A DNA stretch of 64,000 nt, taken from the IMG/VR virus record IMGVR_UViG_3300050014_000823, positions 186,001 to 250,000 of that record. One strand, 5' to 3'. The notes under the pieces are model-generated. The model searched no databases. It had not been told where the DNA came from and saw only the letters and a program-made list of their open reading frames with translations. Below are positions 39,325 through 50,334 of this stretch, one piece after another (position 1 is the stretch's first letter; the number at the start of each line of letters is the position of its first letter). A program made the position numbers and the translations under genes.

Positions 39325-41355
39325 TTATCTTAATCTTATATCTTCCTCATTTACACGCATTTTACCCAAGTAATCAAACACATGTTTTTGGTCAGAACTT
39401 ACTTCATCGGGGTCAATTAACAACTTTTTTTCTGCCTCACTAAGGTCAATTTTTTTCTTAGAAATCGGATTTTTATTCACATTGCTGACCATTTCGTGCA
39501 CAGATTTTCGAACTTCTGGCTCAATTTTCGGCTTAATATCTTCGAATTTTACCTCAGTTTCATTCGTGGCAGTAGTAAAAGTTTCTCCCGACCAATTTAA
39601 TAACTCTGGTTCTACACCATCATTTACACCCTCACTTACACCATCATTTACACCATCACTTTTTTCAATAGGTTTGTCTTCAAGTATGAATTTATCGTCA
39701 CTTGCTTCCTCATTTGCACCCTCATTTGCACCCTCACTTACACCATCATTTACACCATCATTATTATCTATTTCACGTGTTGAGATTCCCGGAGATACAA
39801 ATTGTGAAGTATCTATGGGTTTCTTTTCCTCGATATTTTCTGATTTTATATATGCACTTCTCAATAACTCGTCTTCCGCAGTTAATCCCCCTGCATTGCT
39901 TACAAGAGTATTAAATAAACCACCCGGAGAATGAGATTCAATTGATTCTGCTTTTCCAGCTATTACATCTTCACTATATTTTTTCTTTACACTATATGTT
40001 GTACCTACATATCTTTCGTCAGTAATTTTAATTTCCATTGTATCGTTGTTAAAGATACAGTCTTTAAATGTCTGACCGTCTTTAGCAAACCTTGCCTTAA
40101 TAATACGTATACTTGCGAGACTTGCTTCTTTCTGGTCAGGAGTTTTAGCTACCGACATAAAGAAGTGTGCTTTCTGTACTCTCTTGATGTTACCACCAGA
40201 CTGATGCGCCTCAACGAGTTCAGCATCAAAACCTGAACGATTACTCTGAATTGCAGACCAACATGGAATGTCAAAATCACTTGCCATTGCTTCAAACGAC
40301 TTAACAATTTGAAGTTCAGCCTCATTACGGTCATTGACTTTCTTGTGAGATTCTAAACAATCAAGATAGTCAAGTATAATAATATCGAATTTAATACCTG
40401 TTTTTTTCTGTTCTCTGAGAATCCAGTCTTTAATATCCGTCATTGTGGTATTTTCCTGGCTGAACTTTTTCACTTTAAGTTTACCCGGATTCATGTGTGC
40501 AATATGGTCATTTGCCTTTTGAAGTGCTTCGTCATTTCTTTCATCGAGTTCACTTAAAGGTATTCCTGTCCAAATAGTAACATGCTTTCTCTTAATTTGT
40601 TCTTCGGTATCCTCAAAAATAATCTGACATACATTATAATCATGTGCACGTGCAGTATTGGCAATTTTAGTCAGTAATGTTGTTTTACCAACACCTGAAG
40701 GAGTCAAAATTAATCCAATTTCGCCTTTACCCAATCCACCACCAGTAAGTGTGTCAATAACACCAACACCAGTAGGAATTGTTTTACGAAATTCTTTCAT
40801 TAGTGCTTTGTCAAGACCCTCTGTTGCATCACTACCATTATCTTCTGTATTGCCGATAAGTGCAATTTTTTGCATTTTTTCGTCAAACTCAGGTAAGAAG
40901 GTCTTGCTACGAATCTCACCTGTTTTTACTTTTGCAAGAACACCCTCTGCCCATTTGCGTATTTCTTGCTGTTTAATAAATTCAGTAGTTGCCTGTTGAA
41001 CAACTATTCCATCGTGCATTAAAGTCTGATTGAGAATTCTTTCATTCCACAACTTAACTCTTTCGATTACAGCAAAAAGTGATTCTTCCTCAATAACATT
41101 ATTGGGAGATTTGAATTCGTTTATGGCTTGGATTACACTCTGATTCTGTAGATTAGGTACTTTACCGTATCTCTTGACGTATTCCAACATAATAAGGAAT
41201 AACCTCTTTATGTTAGGGTCATCAAAGTATTCTACTGCTAAGATTGGTATTGTTCTCTCGGCATATTCTGGTTCAACCAGAAGTTGCCACAATAATTTTT
41301 GTTGAAATTCCGGACCTTTGTATGCCGTTAAGGTATTATCTAATTGTTCGCTCAT
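39325..41355 (-). CDS. Replicative DnaB/T4 gp41-like helicase with an acidic C-terminal extension
   Basis: IPTG...D....GG...GE; Walker A PSGVGKT; IILDYLD; SAIQSNR; IKARF. Confidence 0.92.
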   Translation of the reverse strand: MSEQLDNTLTAYKGPEFQQKLLWQLLVEPEYAERTIPILAVEYFDDPNIKRLFLIMLEYVKRYGKVPNLQNQSVIQAINEFKSPNNVIEEESLFAVIERVKLWNERILNQTLMHDGIVVQQATTEFIKQQEIRKWAEGVLAKVKTGEIRSKTFLPEFDEKMQKIALIGNTEDNGSDATEGLDKALMKEFRKTIPTGVGVIDTLTGGGLGKGEIGLILTPSGVGKTTLLTKIANTARAHDYNVCQIIFEDTEEQIKRKHVTIWTGIPLSELDERNDEALQKANDHIAHMNPGKLKVKKFSQENTTMTDIKDWILREQKKTGIKFDIIILDYLDCLESHKKVNDRNEAELQIVKSFEAMASDFDIPCWSAIQSNRSGFDAELVEAHQSGGNIKRVQKAHFFMSVAKTPDQKEASLASIRIIKARFAKDGQTFKDCIFNNDTMEIKITDERYVGTTYSVKKKYSEDVIAGKAESIESHSPGGLFNTLVSNAGGLTAEDELLRSAYIKSENIEEKKPIDTSQFVSPGISTREIDNNDGVNDGVSEGANEGANEEASDDKFILEDKPIEKSDGVNDGVSEGVNDGVEPELLNWSGETFTTATNETEVKFEDIKPKIEPEVRKSVHEMVSNVNKNPISKKKIDLSEAEKKLLIDPDEVSSDQKHVFDYLGKMRVNEEDIRLR
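39612..39760 (-). repeat. 12-bp-unit coding tandem repeats (GVND/GVSE/GANE) in the helicase tail
   Basis: tacaccatcatt / tacaccctcact / tgcaccctcatt units in two clusters. Confidence 0.75.
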
Positions 41356-41423
41356 TAAAATGTATGTGTTAAGAACAGGAGGTCACTGAAAATTATCAGT
41401 AACCGCCCGTATGAATACCCCAA

Positions 41424-42035
41424 CTATCGTCTCATTTTTCTGAGCAGTTCTTCCCGTTTTCCGGTAGAAAGTTCTCTGATTTGATTTATTGACATCCCTC
41501 TGACGTTGATTAAATCATAATCGTCCCACATATTTTTAATATCGTTCCCTTTGATTTTTGTGAAAATGTCTTTTGTGATTTCTGTGACTGCATCAACCAC
41601 ATCAGTTGACCATCTTGCAACAGGATTAAAACCATCTACATAGAAAACTCTTTCTACGATAGGATTTTCGTTGATGTAGAAACCAATTTTACATTCTACG
41701 CCTCTTATTGTTTTTTCCTCGATTTGCTGGATGATTGCCTGTGGATTGTATCTCAAATCATTCTTAATTTGTGAAGGATATGATTCAAGAATGTCTTGAT
41801 TAAAATGGTATAGGTCATAGCAGGTATTACTGCCACAATCCCATAATATGTCGTACTTTTTTCTCGAAAGGGTTTTCTGCAACTTAGTAATTGCACGTGG
41901 AAGGATATCCCGAATGTCTATGGAATATCTTGTAAATGGGTTGAACTTATCTGCATCAAAAATTTTCTCACACAATAATACGTTACCTTGCATTAATGCA
42001 AATCTGAATGTATTGCTGTATTCTTTTTCGTTCAT
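41424..42035 (-). CDS. Hypothetical protein in the replication cluster
   Basis: 203-aa ORF with a TATATTTG promoter element at 42070-42077. Confidence 0.75.
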   Translation of the reverse strand: MNEKEYSNTFRFALMQGNVLLCEKIFDADKFNPFTRYSIDIRDILPRAITKLQKTLSRKKYDILWDCGSNTCYDLYHFNQDILESYPSQIKNDLRYNPQAIIQQIEEKTIRGVECKIGFYINENPIVERVFYVDGFNPVARWSTDVVDAVTEITKDIFTKIKGNDIKNMWDDYDLINVRGMSINQIRELSTGKREELLRKMRR

Positions 42036-42107
42036 GGGGTCTGTTATTTTTAATTGTTAATACTATGTACAAATATAATGTGAATATGCCGAAGATGAAA
42101 GACTTTT

Positions 42108-43160
42108 TTATAATTTACCCTTATTATTTTTATAATATTCGTTAAGTAGCTGTTTCTCATTCTCTATGACAACATAAAAAGGTTCTACGTAATTCGGAAA
42201 AGTGCCAGTGTATATCGTCAAGAACTCATCTTCCGTCATCATCTTAATCAGGTTTTTACTACCTCTGTCTGTCGGATTTAACGGCATTTTTAGCTGTTCG
42301 AGTTCTTCTCTTGCCTGTTCGTTTAAAAATGGTTCTCTGAGGTTAACTAATTTGTAATTCATTATAAGTCTGTCAACATTTGCCAAAAGACTTTCAAATA
42401 CTTTCAATGGTTTTTGTTTGTTAGCAATGCGTTCCTTGTTAATCCTGTCGGCTTCCCGGCAAATTTCCCTTACAGTAAACTTTTTATACTGCATATCGGG
42501 GAAATGTTTAACGAGTGTATCTTCTCCAACACCTGGAATTCCTTTAATATTATCTGCCTTGTCACCCGTAATTACCTTCATAATAAGCGAGTTAGTATAG
42601 TGGTGACCAAAGTTCAAGGAATAATTTGCCTTTGTGATTGGCATATCGATGTTTGCGAAAAGTATTGTAATATTTAAGTCTAATAATTGTCCGAAGTCCC
42701 TGTCATTAGTATAAAGATAAATTTCTTCACGATTTTCATATTGCATACAATAAGCTGCAATTATATCATCGGCTTCGATATCATCTACCTCAATTTGTCT
42801 CAGAAATAAATCTTCGGCATATGCTTTTATTCTCTGTCGTTGTTTTAAAATGGATTCTTCTTTCTCTGCTTCCCGTTTAATTTCGGCATCGCTCAATTCA
42901 ATTTTTTGATGCCAACTTTTGTTTTTACGATTGGCTTTATACGCAGCGTCAATATGGTGTCTGTAGACACCACCGTTTTGACCGTCCCAGACTAAAACGA
43001 CTTTATTGATTTTATGTGCTTTTATTAATTTGCGTACAGTTGTGAGAAAAGAATATAACCCACCAATATGACCAAACTTATTGGTGTGTACATCCTTTGC
43101 CCCGTTGAACGAGCGTTTCAACAGATAGGAAGAATCCACTAACAGAGTTCTTGTTCTCAT
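42108..43160 (-). CDS. 5'-3' exonuclease / flap endonuclease (T4 RNase H / PolI 5' nuclease family)
   Basis: LLVD, VWDG, YR..YKANR, EADD, TNDRD, GDKADNIKGIPGVG. Confidence 0.92.
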   Translation of the reverse strand: MRTRTLLVDSSYLLKRSFNGAKDVHTNKFGHIGGLYSFLTTVRKLIKAHKINKVVLVWDGQNGGVYRHHIDAAYKANRKNKSWHQKIELSDAEIKREAEKEESILKQRQRIKAYAEDLFLRQIEVDDIEADDIIAAYCMQYENREEIYLYTNDRDFGQLLDLNITILFANIDMPITKANYSLNFGHHYTNSLIMKVITGDKADNIKGIPGVGEDTLVKHFPDMQYKKFTVREICREADRINKERIANKQKPLKVFESLLANVDRLIMNYKLVNLREPFLNEQAREELEQLKMPLNPTDRGSKNLIKMMTEDEFLTIYTGTFPNYVEPFYVVIENEKQLLNEYYKNNKGKL

Positions 43161-44254
43161 CCTATTTCGAAGGTATCTTCTTTTGTGAAATCAGTGTACT
43201 TGTCGCCCAAGTCACCTACTTCAACATCAGTTCCAAGAATATCACGGAAGAATCCAAGATTTTCCTTTTTATATGCTTCAATACTATCTTTGTCCGGAAG
43301 TATGAATCCGTGTGGGGTACTTACTACCTTTCCTTCAAAGGAAATTCCACCAAGAGGTCCGTCAATTTGGTTTTTAGCAACGTTTACATTAGCCTCAATA
43401 CCATATGCGATATCCCTGCTTTTGCTTGTAGCAGTTACTTTCTTAGCACCATGAGCAGCAATACCACCAAAATGATAGATTAGTCGTGAACCATAAAAGA
43501 ATGTTTCACCACCTTTGTGTTTTACAACACCTGCACCCATACTGTCAATCCAGATTTTCTGTACGCCAATAACTGTATTGGTATACTTTTTACTTTCTTT
43601 TCTACTGTTTGGAATTGTGTTGTTGAGCATGTATTTGAAAGATTTCTCAAATGCTCCGGCATTCCACATGTTGTTATCTGAGGTATTTTTTTCTTGTGCA
43701 TTGATTGATTTAATGCAATCAAGCGTACCCAATGAGTCGATTGCGAACAATAAATCATACGGTAAATCACCGTTTTCCTGTTGGTCGATTAGGAAAAACA
43801 TTGCTGCAGCCATATCTTCAATGGCAGCTTCTTTTCTTTTTGGGTCTTGTTTCTTACCGAATTGGTTAAGAAGATATTCGTTATCGATTAAAATAAAAAA
43901 TTCGTTATCCCAATCGAAACCCATTTTTCTTAAACGTTCATTTCCAAGGTTATTTTCAGTATCAATGATGACAGGTAATACTCCCATTTTCTGTGCACTT
44001 ACAATGCCTTCACAAACTGCTGTTGATTTACCTGTATTACTAAAACCACGTGCCAATGAAACATATCCCTTTGGAAAGCCGGGAAGACCTGTTGATTGTT
44101 GTAATGCTTTTGAACTTGGAATCCATATTAATGGTTTGTCTGGAGAATCTTCTCCACCAATTTTTTTCTTGAAATCGTTTAAGGAAAAAGTTTTTTTTGC
44201 CGTAGGTTTCCTAACAGGAGCTGCAGGAACTCCACTTTCGTTATCTTTTGCCAT
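43157..44254 (-). CDS. RecA/UvsX-like recombinase
   Basis: PGFPKG...GFSNTGKS Walker A, IDTEN, IDSLG, GGE...Y, AKNQ. Confidence 0.88.
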   Translation of the reverse strand: MAKDNESGVPAAPVRKPTAKKTFSLNDFKKKIGGEDSPDKPLIWIPSSKALQQSTGLPGFPKGYVSLARGFSNTGKSTAVCEGIVSAQKMGVLPVIIDTENNLGNERLRKMGFDWDNEFFILIDNEYLLNQFGKKQDPKRKEAAIEDMAAAMFFLIDQQENGDLPYDLLFAIDSLGTLDCIKSINAQEKNTSDNNMWNAGAFEKSFKYMLNNTIPNSRKESKKYTNTVIGVQKIWIDSMGAGVVKHKGGETFFYGSRLIYHFGGIAAHGAKKVTATSKSRDIAYGIEANVNVAKNQIDGPLGGISFEGKVVSTPHGFILPDKDSIEAYKKENLGFFRDILGTDVEVGDLGDKYTDFTKEDTFEIG

Positions 44255-44280
44255 TTAATAAATTTGTTTAGAGTAAATTA

Positions 44281-44303
44281 AGGGGGAACATTATATTCCC
44301 CCT
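44281..44303 (-). terminator. Hairpin (possible terminator) after the SSB gene
   Basis: agggggaa-cattata-ttccccct; U-tract is weak. Confidence 0.5.
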
Positions 44304-44327
44304 CAATTCGATTTAATAATTTTTTCC

Positions 44328-45545
44328 TTAGAAAGGTAGGTCTTCGTAATCACCTGAAGGTGGAAGTTCTTCATTTTCATCACCTACAAGGTCCTCGTGC
44401 TCGTCATGAACTAAAGCAGAACCCGCATTTTCGGTAAGGTCAACAGAGTCTTCCTTGTACGTACCCACTGTTGTAGGTGTTATGTTTGCAATAGTTGTAC
44501 GTGGTCCTTCTTCAAGGTCAGATGCGTATTCGAAGTTCTCGTCATCATCTGCATCGAGATTCTGCTTACGTGTGTTAGCAGCGAGTTCAAGGTCTGGACG
44601 ACCAGGAAATACCCAATGCTTGTTACTTGCATCACTATCTTCCCAATATGGGTTAGTACCTGCAGCAACCATTTGAAGGAATTCCAACGGTGTGATTCCC
44701 GGTGCTTTCTTTGGTAAGAAAACTTGTCTCCATGAAGTTGTGTCTTCGAGCCACTGTCTTGCAACGATTGGGTCGCTGTGAAGTGGTGACTTAGCACGAG
44801 TACTCATGGCAGTAATTTGTTTGTAACTGATTTTGTTGAATTCAGTATCTGCCGTTGTTATACTGATATCAGTACCGTTAATCGGGTCTGCGAAACTTAC
44901 ACCATTCTGAGTGTTGAAGTCATCGAGAATCGGGAACAATTTATCAAGAGTACCTTGGTTCTTGAAATTATGTTTGAATCTCCAGAATTTAACACCGTCT
45001 TTTTCAGCACCCTTGTCGATACCTTTGATGATGTAGAATTTTTTAGCATCCCATTTACCTGCCTCAATAAAAATCTCACGGTTTCTGTCCCATATGACTT
45101 TCTGTGCAGAGGTCAAGTCCTCTTTCTTAACTTTCTTAAGAGAAGGGTCTTGTGTTGCAAGAATTCTTTTTGCTTTTTCACAAAGCGGACATGGAGCAGG
45201 AATCATAATTTTGTTACCATTTCCATCGAGCACTGGATTACCATCTTTGTCAACTTTGACAATTTTTGGGTCATTGTGTGCAGGGCAATAAACTTTCGCA
45301 TATACCCTCTTACCACCAGCGATGGTCATAGGTACTGCATGGAAGAACGCCTCAACGAAAAAGAATTTCGTCTTGTACGGTAGAATCCTGAAAGTTTCTT
45401 TAGGTTTGCGGGGAGTGAAATACTTTGAAAGTATATCCTCTTTTGATTTGCGTTTGTTTTTTACTTGATTTTTCTGATAAGTACTAAACGCTTCTTTGAA
45501 ATTTGACAAATCGCCACTTTGGGCATTTACATTTTGATTTTCCAT
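44328..45545 (-). CDS. T4 gp32-like single-stranded DNA-binding protein
   Basis: FRILP...H...C...CPLCE, DP..G.DI, acidic tail ending in DLPF; next to recA/uvsX. Confidence 0.8.
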   Translation of the reverse strand: MENQNVNAQSGDLSNFKEAFSTYQKNQVKNKRKSKEDILSKYFTPRKPKETFRILPYKTKFFFVEAFFHAVPMTIAGGKRVYAKVYCPAHNDPKIVKVDKDGNPVLDGNGNKIMIPAPCPLCEKAKRILATQDPSLKKVKKEDLTSAQKVIWDRNREIFIEAGKWDAKKFYIIKGIDKGAEKDGVKFWRFKHNFKNQGTLDKLFPILDDFNTQNGVSFADPINGTDISITTADTEFNKISYKQITAMSTRAKSPLHSDPIVARQWLEDTTSWRQVFLPKKAPGITPLEFLQMVAAGTNPYWEDSDASNKHWVFPGRPDLELAANTRKQNLDADDDENFEYASDLEEGPRTTIANITPTTVGTYKEDSVDLTENAGSALVHDEHEDLVGDENEELPPSGDYEDLPF

Positions 45546-45595
45546 TTTGTTAATTAAATTACATTAAGTTATTTTTACAATATATAATTGTGCTA

Positions 45596-45627
45596 CAAAT
45601 ATAGCCTACATTAACTATAAATACAAG
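45596..45627 (-). promoter_or_regulatory. SigmaA-type promoter with a nested GTATTTATA motif upstream of the SSB gene
   Basis: caaatata 45596-45603, tataaatac 45616-45624, caag 45624-45627. Confidence 0.6.
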
Positions 45628-45663
45628 GATTTTTAAAAATAAACTAAAAATCCGAAACTTTTT

Positions 45664-47097
45664 TTAAGGTAAAATACCATCATTAACGACTGTGAATGAT
45701 AACGTTTGCTTGTTCTCATAATAGTCGCCATTTTTTAATCTTATCTGCAAATAATAATCCTGCGGAATCAACCATGATGTGTCCAAATCGAAATCATAAC
45801 CACTTGAAGTCCTATTAACTTTAGTAAAAGGTATAATATCTATCTCATATTTTGCTCCGACTGTCGTAAATAGTCTATATTCAATATCCAAAGGTAAGAA
45901 ATTACTTTGATTTGGGTATAGTTCTTTTATACTCAGCCTGATTTTTCTGATATTTCCTGCTCTGACATTCTCTTTTTCGTTGATTCCCCAGAAATAAAAG
46001 AAATAATTTCTTGGGTCAATCTGATTGCTCTGATTAAAGGTATAATACTTGTCTGCAGAGATAAGATAAAACTCACCATTGTATTCTGTAGTTCTACTAT
46101 TAATGGTTACTGACCATACATCACGGAATATTACTGCATCAGGATATGTTAGAGAATCAATGTTTATGTTTATTTTGTAAACACCCCTTGACACATGTGT
46201 GATTGAATCACCTGTAAGGGTCAGCACAAGATTATCTTCGTAATCATAAATGTCTACCTTATTTACTGTGATGTTTTGACTGAAGTTACCGACATTTACA
46301 TATAGATAAAGGTCATTATCCTTATCCATGTAAAAATAATTTCTGTCGTCCGTAATTTCGTCCGCAATAATTGTTTCAATGAAAGGTTCGTAAAAAGTAT
46401 TTGTGTGTTTAGCATGAAATGCAACTGCCTGTCTGAATTCAGTCTCTAATGCTTCGATATTATCGGGAAATTTAATTCCTAAACCAAAAGAACTACCCGT
46501 ATATGCCGATGTTCCTGTATAACCTGTACCAAAAAGTCGTTGATTAATGTAATGTGTAACGTCAATTTCCATATTTTCATTACCTGCCTCGAATCCCTGT
46601 GTACCGATTATCTGTGTTACACCACTTATATATGCACCCGCAACTGTCCAACCGCTTGCTGTTGTTCTTGCGGTCCAGTTAGATGCCTGTTCGGGAATTA
46701 CCGGAACAGGTCCTAAAGTAAATAAATCCTGTTTATCGGAATACGTAAAAACATAGCCATTACCTTCTCGCCAATCTTCGTTAACATTAAAAAGGTCTAA
46801 AGTAAAAGCTGCAGCACGGTCAATACCCATACTATATGACTTTTTTCCAATGAATTGCGGTGCATATGCAATAGTATTAGTCATATGTAATACGTGTCCG
46901 ATAATCCTTTGTGGATTTATTGAACCCTGTACAATTCTATCACGTAAACCCTGTAAATCAACATCAAAAATAAATCTACTAACCTTTGCATCGAATGTAC
47001 CATAAGATATTTCGGTAACGGGGTTCTGAGAGTTATTCGTAAGGTTACTTTCGATTAACGTGTTATTCTTGGAAAAATATGACCTGAATACTGACAT
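45664..47097 (-). CDS. Putative virion structural protein
   Basis: Beta-rich 477-aa ORF with a late motif at 47110-47118. Confidence 0.55.
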   Translation of the reverse strand: MSVFRSYFSKNNTLIESNLTNNSQNPVTEISYGTFDAKVSRFIFDVDLQGLRDRIVQGSINPQRIIGHVLHMTNTIAYAPQFIGKKSYSMGIDRAAAFTLDLFNVNEDWREGNGYVFTYSDKQDLFTLGPVPVIPEQASNWTARTTASGWTVAGAYISGVTQIIGTQGFEAGNENMEIDVTHYINQRLFGTGYTGTSAYTGSSFGLGIKFPDNIEALETEFRQAVAFHAKHTNTFYEPFIETIIADEITDDRNYFYMDKDNDLYLYVNVGNFSQNITVNKVDIYDYEDNLVLTLTGDSITHVSRGVYKININIDSLTYPDAVIFRDVWSVTINSRTTEYNGEFYLISADKYYTFNQSNQIDPRNYFFYFWGINEKENVRAGNIRKIRLSIKELYPNQSNFLPLDIEYRLFTTVGAKYEIDIIPFTKVNRTSSGYDFDLDTSWLIPQDYYLQIRLKNGDYYENKQTLSFTVVNDGILP

Positions 47098-47124
47098 GTT
47101 ACTTTTCTATATAAATACGAGCAA

Positions 47125-47156
47125 ACAAAAAAGACTACTCGTGGTAGTCTTTTTAT
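47125..47156. terminator. Bidirectional terminator
   Basis: aaaaagactac-tcgtg-gtagtcttttt. Confidence 0.7.
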
Positions 47157-47174
47157 TATCTGAAATATTGTATT

Positions 47175-49874
47175 TTATTTCATGTTATGCTTAATTAAAA
47201 TCTGCACAGCCTCTTTTTTACTCATTCCTGTTGGAACTCTACGATATGTTAGGGTTTCTCTTGCAATTTTAATCTGACCTTCGTTTAATTCTTCTTTCTT
47301 CTCTTCTTCGGGTTCTTCCTCTTTTTCTTCTGGTTCTTCAACAGGTGCTTCTACAGGACTTTCTGCAGGAGTTTCCTCTGCTTCTGGTTCTTCGTCACCT
47401 TCTACTTCGTCACCAACATTATGAGGTTTAAATCCAAGTAACACATCTGTTGTTGCTTTATCGCCACCTTGAGCATCTGTTGATGCATTTGCCTGTGCTG
47501 AATCTTCAGGTGTTTCTTTGCTTGTATAATACTCTGGGTCTTCTGTAAGATGGTCCAAAACGATTTCCAATGCGTACATCGGGTCATCGGTATGTTCCAT
47601 TTCAACTTTCAATCCCATTAATATTTGTTCTTGACTGAATTCCATTGGAGATTTACCTTCACCCTTACCGCCAGGAATTAATTCACCTACTTCTTCTTTG
47701 TCTTGTGCAAGTTGTTCAACATTATCTGTCTCTGGTTCCATTGACATTCCTATTTTATCGAAATCCGGCTCAATTGCAGGTATTGGCATACCCTCATCAT
47801 CAGTACCAATTCCCGGCATTTTACTCATATCTTCTTCTTCATCACCAACTTCGCTTGGACTTGGATTATCGATATCTTCAATGCCCTTTTGAGCATTTGG
47901 TTCTGCTTCTTCTGCAAACTCTGCAGGTTCTTCTACTGGTTGTGCTATTCCACTATAACTTCTTGCCATATCTTTTTGAGCAAGTCCCTTTTCACCATAT
48001 CCCTTTGGAACTTCTGGTAAATTAGAAATGTCGTCATCGCCATACACTTCAGTTTCATTCATGTTCGCCATATCATACTGTAAGCCAATATAGCCAAGAC
48101 GTGAATTCCAAGACATAATATAACCGTCTTTTTCGTAAGTTTGGTCTTCTGTACCATTACCAAGTTCCTGTGAACCTTGGTGTTGACCAGGATTATGCCA
48201 TTGTTTAAGGTATTCCATTGCAGCGTCTTTACCTTTAGTATCAAGAATTTCTAATGGCTGATATGCTTCATCACCCTGTAAGAAAACAACATCCTCATAT
48301 TTGTCACGGTCTGTACTTTCATTTATTTTAACTGTTGACACCGGATTTTTCTTTTTCTTCGGATATTTTGACTGTGATTTTGGCTTGAAAGTTTTACCCA
48401 ATTGTTTAAATGGAGAAAATGCATCAGTATTTTCTTTTTTCTTATCCTCTTTTTTCTTCTCGTCTTTCTTCACTTCCTTCTTCTCTGCTTCCTGCAAGAA
48501 AGGTTCTGCCTCTTTAGGATATGTTCTCGTTTTAGCGGGTTTTTTAACGCCTGCCATCCTATCAAGTTCAGCCATTACTTCGGGAGTAGTCGGAGAATAA
48601 TTCGGATTTCTTGTACCGTTTCTTTGTACTAAAGCATCATATGCCTGTAATATTTTGTCTCTTTTTTCTGGAGATACTTCAGGAACTGGCTCATTGTCAG
48701 TAGGTAACACATCATCAACAGTTGGAGTTTCTGGCTCTTGTTGTGGCATATCTTCTGCATTTTCAACATCATCTGGATTGTATTCCATTGTATCTACTTC
48801 TGAACCATAGCCGGGATTTTCTTCGTCATATTCATTTTCAACAACACCGCCCAATGTCATACCTGCAATAGGTTTGTCCATTTCCAAAACGGGTTGCATT
48901 TTTAATTTCATTGCTGGTTTATCGGTTTCACCTAATCCCAGACTTTTAAGACTATAACCTTCTTCTTTGAGTCTTTTGTTAACTGCTTTTTTTACGTTTG
49001 CAAGCAATTGCTCAAATGTCATACCTTCTCTGATATAATCCCACATAGAATTAACGTCAGCCAAATCATCCCAACTCATTGGTAACATTTTGTTTGCCAA
49101 TCCCATTGCAACCTTATAAAGTAAATCTTTATGTAGGTTTGGAACATCTGCCTTTGTTAATTTTCTACCAAGTTGTTTTATATCGGTAATTTTACCACCA
49201 ATCGGACTAACACCGCCAATTGGGGGAACAGGAGCAACCTCTTCTTTTACAAATTTGTCGAGTTCCGGAGATTTTACTCTTACAGAAGGATTTGTAGGTT
49301 TATTGTCTGCGTAATTATGTCCTGTTTGCATTTTATCGAAACTATTTTTGCCAAACGGCATAGTATCGATAATATTAATTGCCTCTTGAAGTTCCTCTGC
49401 ATTTGGTCCTTCTTGACCTTTCACGTCAATATACTTGTCGATAATATCGAATAGTTCGTTTGTATAGTTGCTGTTGAAGTTCTGTAAAGCATTTTCATCC
49501 AACTCAAAAGTTTGTGAACCATTTGCATTGGCATATGAGAATTTCTGTAACTGTACACCTTGAACATTGTACACACCCTGTTGGTCACCATCATTGAATT
49601 CTAATTTGAATACGAATGTATATTGGTTTTTATCTTTATCAACACCGTTGATTGAAACTACGCTGTTGTCATCAGTCATTTGTACTGTAGTCGTATTGCT
49701 ACCACCATCATTTATTGTTAACTGACCATTTTTTAATGCCATGAAGCCACGGGTTAAAATTGTTTTAGCATCGGGTGTACCGAAACCTAAGTCTTCATTT
49801 AGCTTAACCTTATTGACTTTCTGAAACACTTCAAGAAGTCTGTCTGTACTGCCAACTGGTTTATATATTCTCAT
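47175..49874 (-). CDS. Large acidic multi-module protein with a DUF5661-like motif; probable head-internal protein
   Basis: GLKVEMEHTDDPMYALEIVLDHLTEDPEYYT motif; several LNE/INE/LQE sites; acidic low-complexity linkers. Confidence 0.6.
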   Translation of the reverse strand: MRIYKPVGSTDRLLEVFQKVNKVKLNEDLGFGTPDAKTILTRGFMALKNGQLTINDGGSNTTTVQMTDDNSVVSINGVDKDKNQYTFVFKLEFNDGDQQGVYNVQGVQLQKFSYANANGSQTFELDENALQNFNSNYTNELFDIIDKYIDVKGQEGPNAEELQEAINIIDTMPFGKNSFDKMQTGHNYADNKPTNPSVRVKSPELDKFVKEEVAPVPPIGGVSPIGGKITDIKQLGRKLTKADVPNLHKDLLYKVAMGLANKMLPMSWDDLADVNSMWDYIREGMTFEQLLANVKKAVNKRLKEEGYSLKSLGLGETDKPAMKLKMQPVLEMDKPIAGMTLGGVVENEYDEENPGYGSEVDTMEYNPDDVENAEDMPQQEPETPTVDDVLPTDNEPVPEVSPEKRDKILQAYDALVQRNGTRNPNYSPTTPEVMAELDRMAGVKKPAKTRTYPKEAEPFLQEAEKKEVKKDEKKKEDKKKENTDAFSPFKQLGKTFKPKSQSKYPKKKKNPVSTVKINESTDRDKYEDVVFLQGDEAYQPLEILDTKGKDAAMEYLKQWHNPGQHQGSQELGNGTEDQTYEKDGYIMSWNSRLGYIGLQYDMANMNETEVYGDDDISNLPEVPKGYGEKGLAQKDMARSYSGIAQPVEEPAEFAEEAEPNAQKGIEDIDNPSPSEVGDEEEDMSKMPGIGTDDEGMPIPAIEPDFDKIGMSMEPETDNVEQLAQDKEEVGELIPGGKGEGKSPMEFSQEQILMGLKVEMEHTDDPMYALEIVLDHLTEDPEYYTSKETPEDSAQANASTDAQGGDKATTDVLLGFKPHNVGDEVEGDEEPEAEETPAESPVEAPVEEPEEKEEEPEEEKKEELNEGQIKIARETLTYRRVPTGMSKKEAVQILIKHNMK

Positions 49875-49885
49875 GTTTATATCTA

Positions 49886-50332
49886 TTATTCGAAAATTAT
49901 TGGGTTTTTCTGACCGAATTCTCTTAATAAAACACCTGCAAGAGCATTTGCTTCGTTTTCATGCTCACTACCCGTTTCATTTGAACCATCTTTCAAAACA
50001 CCCGCTTTACGTTGTTTATCGTGTACTAATTCATGTGCAAGCGTCCTTAAAACGTCTGCTAAATTCCTATTTGTTGCCACCACTCGCAATTCATTTGTCT
50101 TTGGTGTGTACTTACCGAAGGAATGCATTGTTGGTGCTTCAGTTTCATCATACGAAATCACTATGTCTGGCATACTTTCACCCAAACCAAGTTTATTCTT
50201 AGCAAACTCAACGAACTGATTAATAACCTCTTCCTTCTTCTCCTTTGGGAGAATCGACTCGTTGAGATTATTAACTCTTCTCATCATTTCAAAGAGTCGT
50301 TGTGGACTGCCGTATGCATGAAATACTCTCAC
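49886..50332 (-). CDS. Zincin-like metallopeptidase-domain protein
   Basis: TLAHELVH (HExxH) plus downstream E.EANA; N-terminus shared with 47175-49874. Confidence 0.7.
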   Translation of the reverse strand: MRVFHAYGSPQRLFEMMRRVNNLNESILPKEKKEEVINQFVEFAKNKLGLGESMPDIVISYDETEAPTMHSFGKYTPKTNELRVVATNRNLADVLRTLAHELVHDKQRKAGVLKDGSNETGSEHENEANALAGVLLREFGQKNPIIFE

Positions 50333-50334
50333 TA

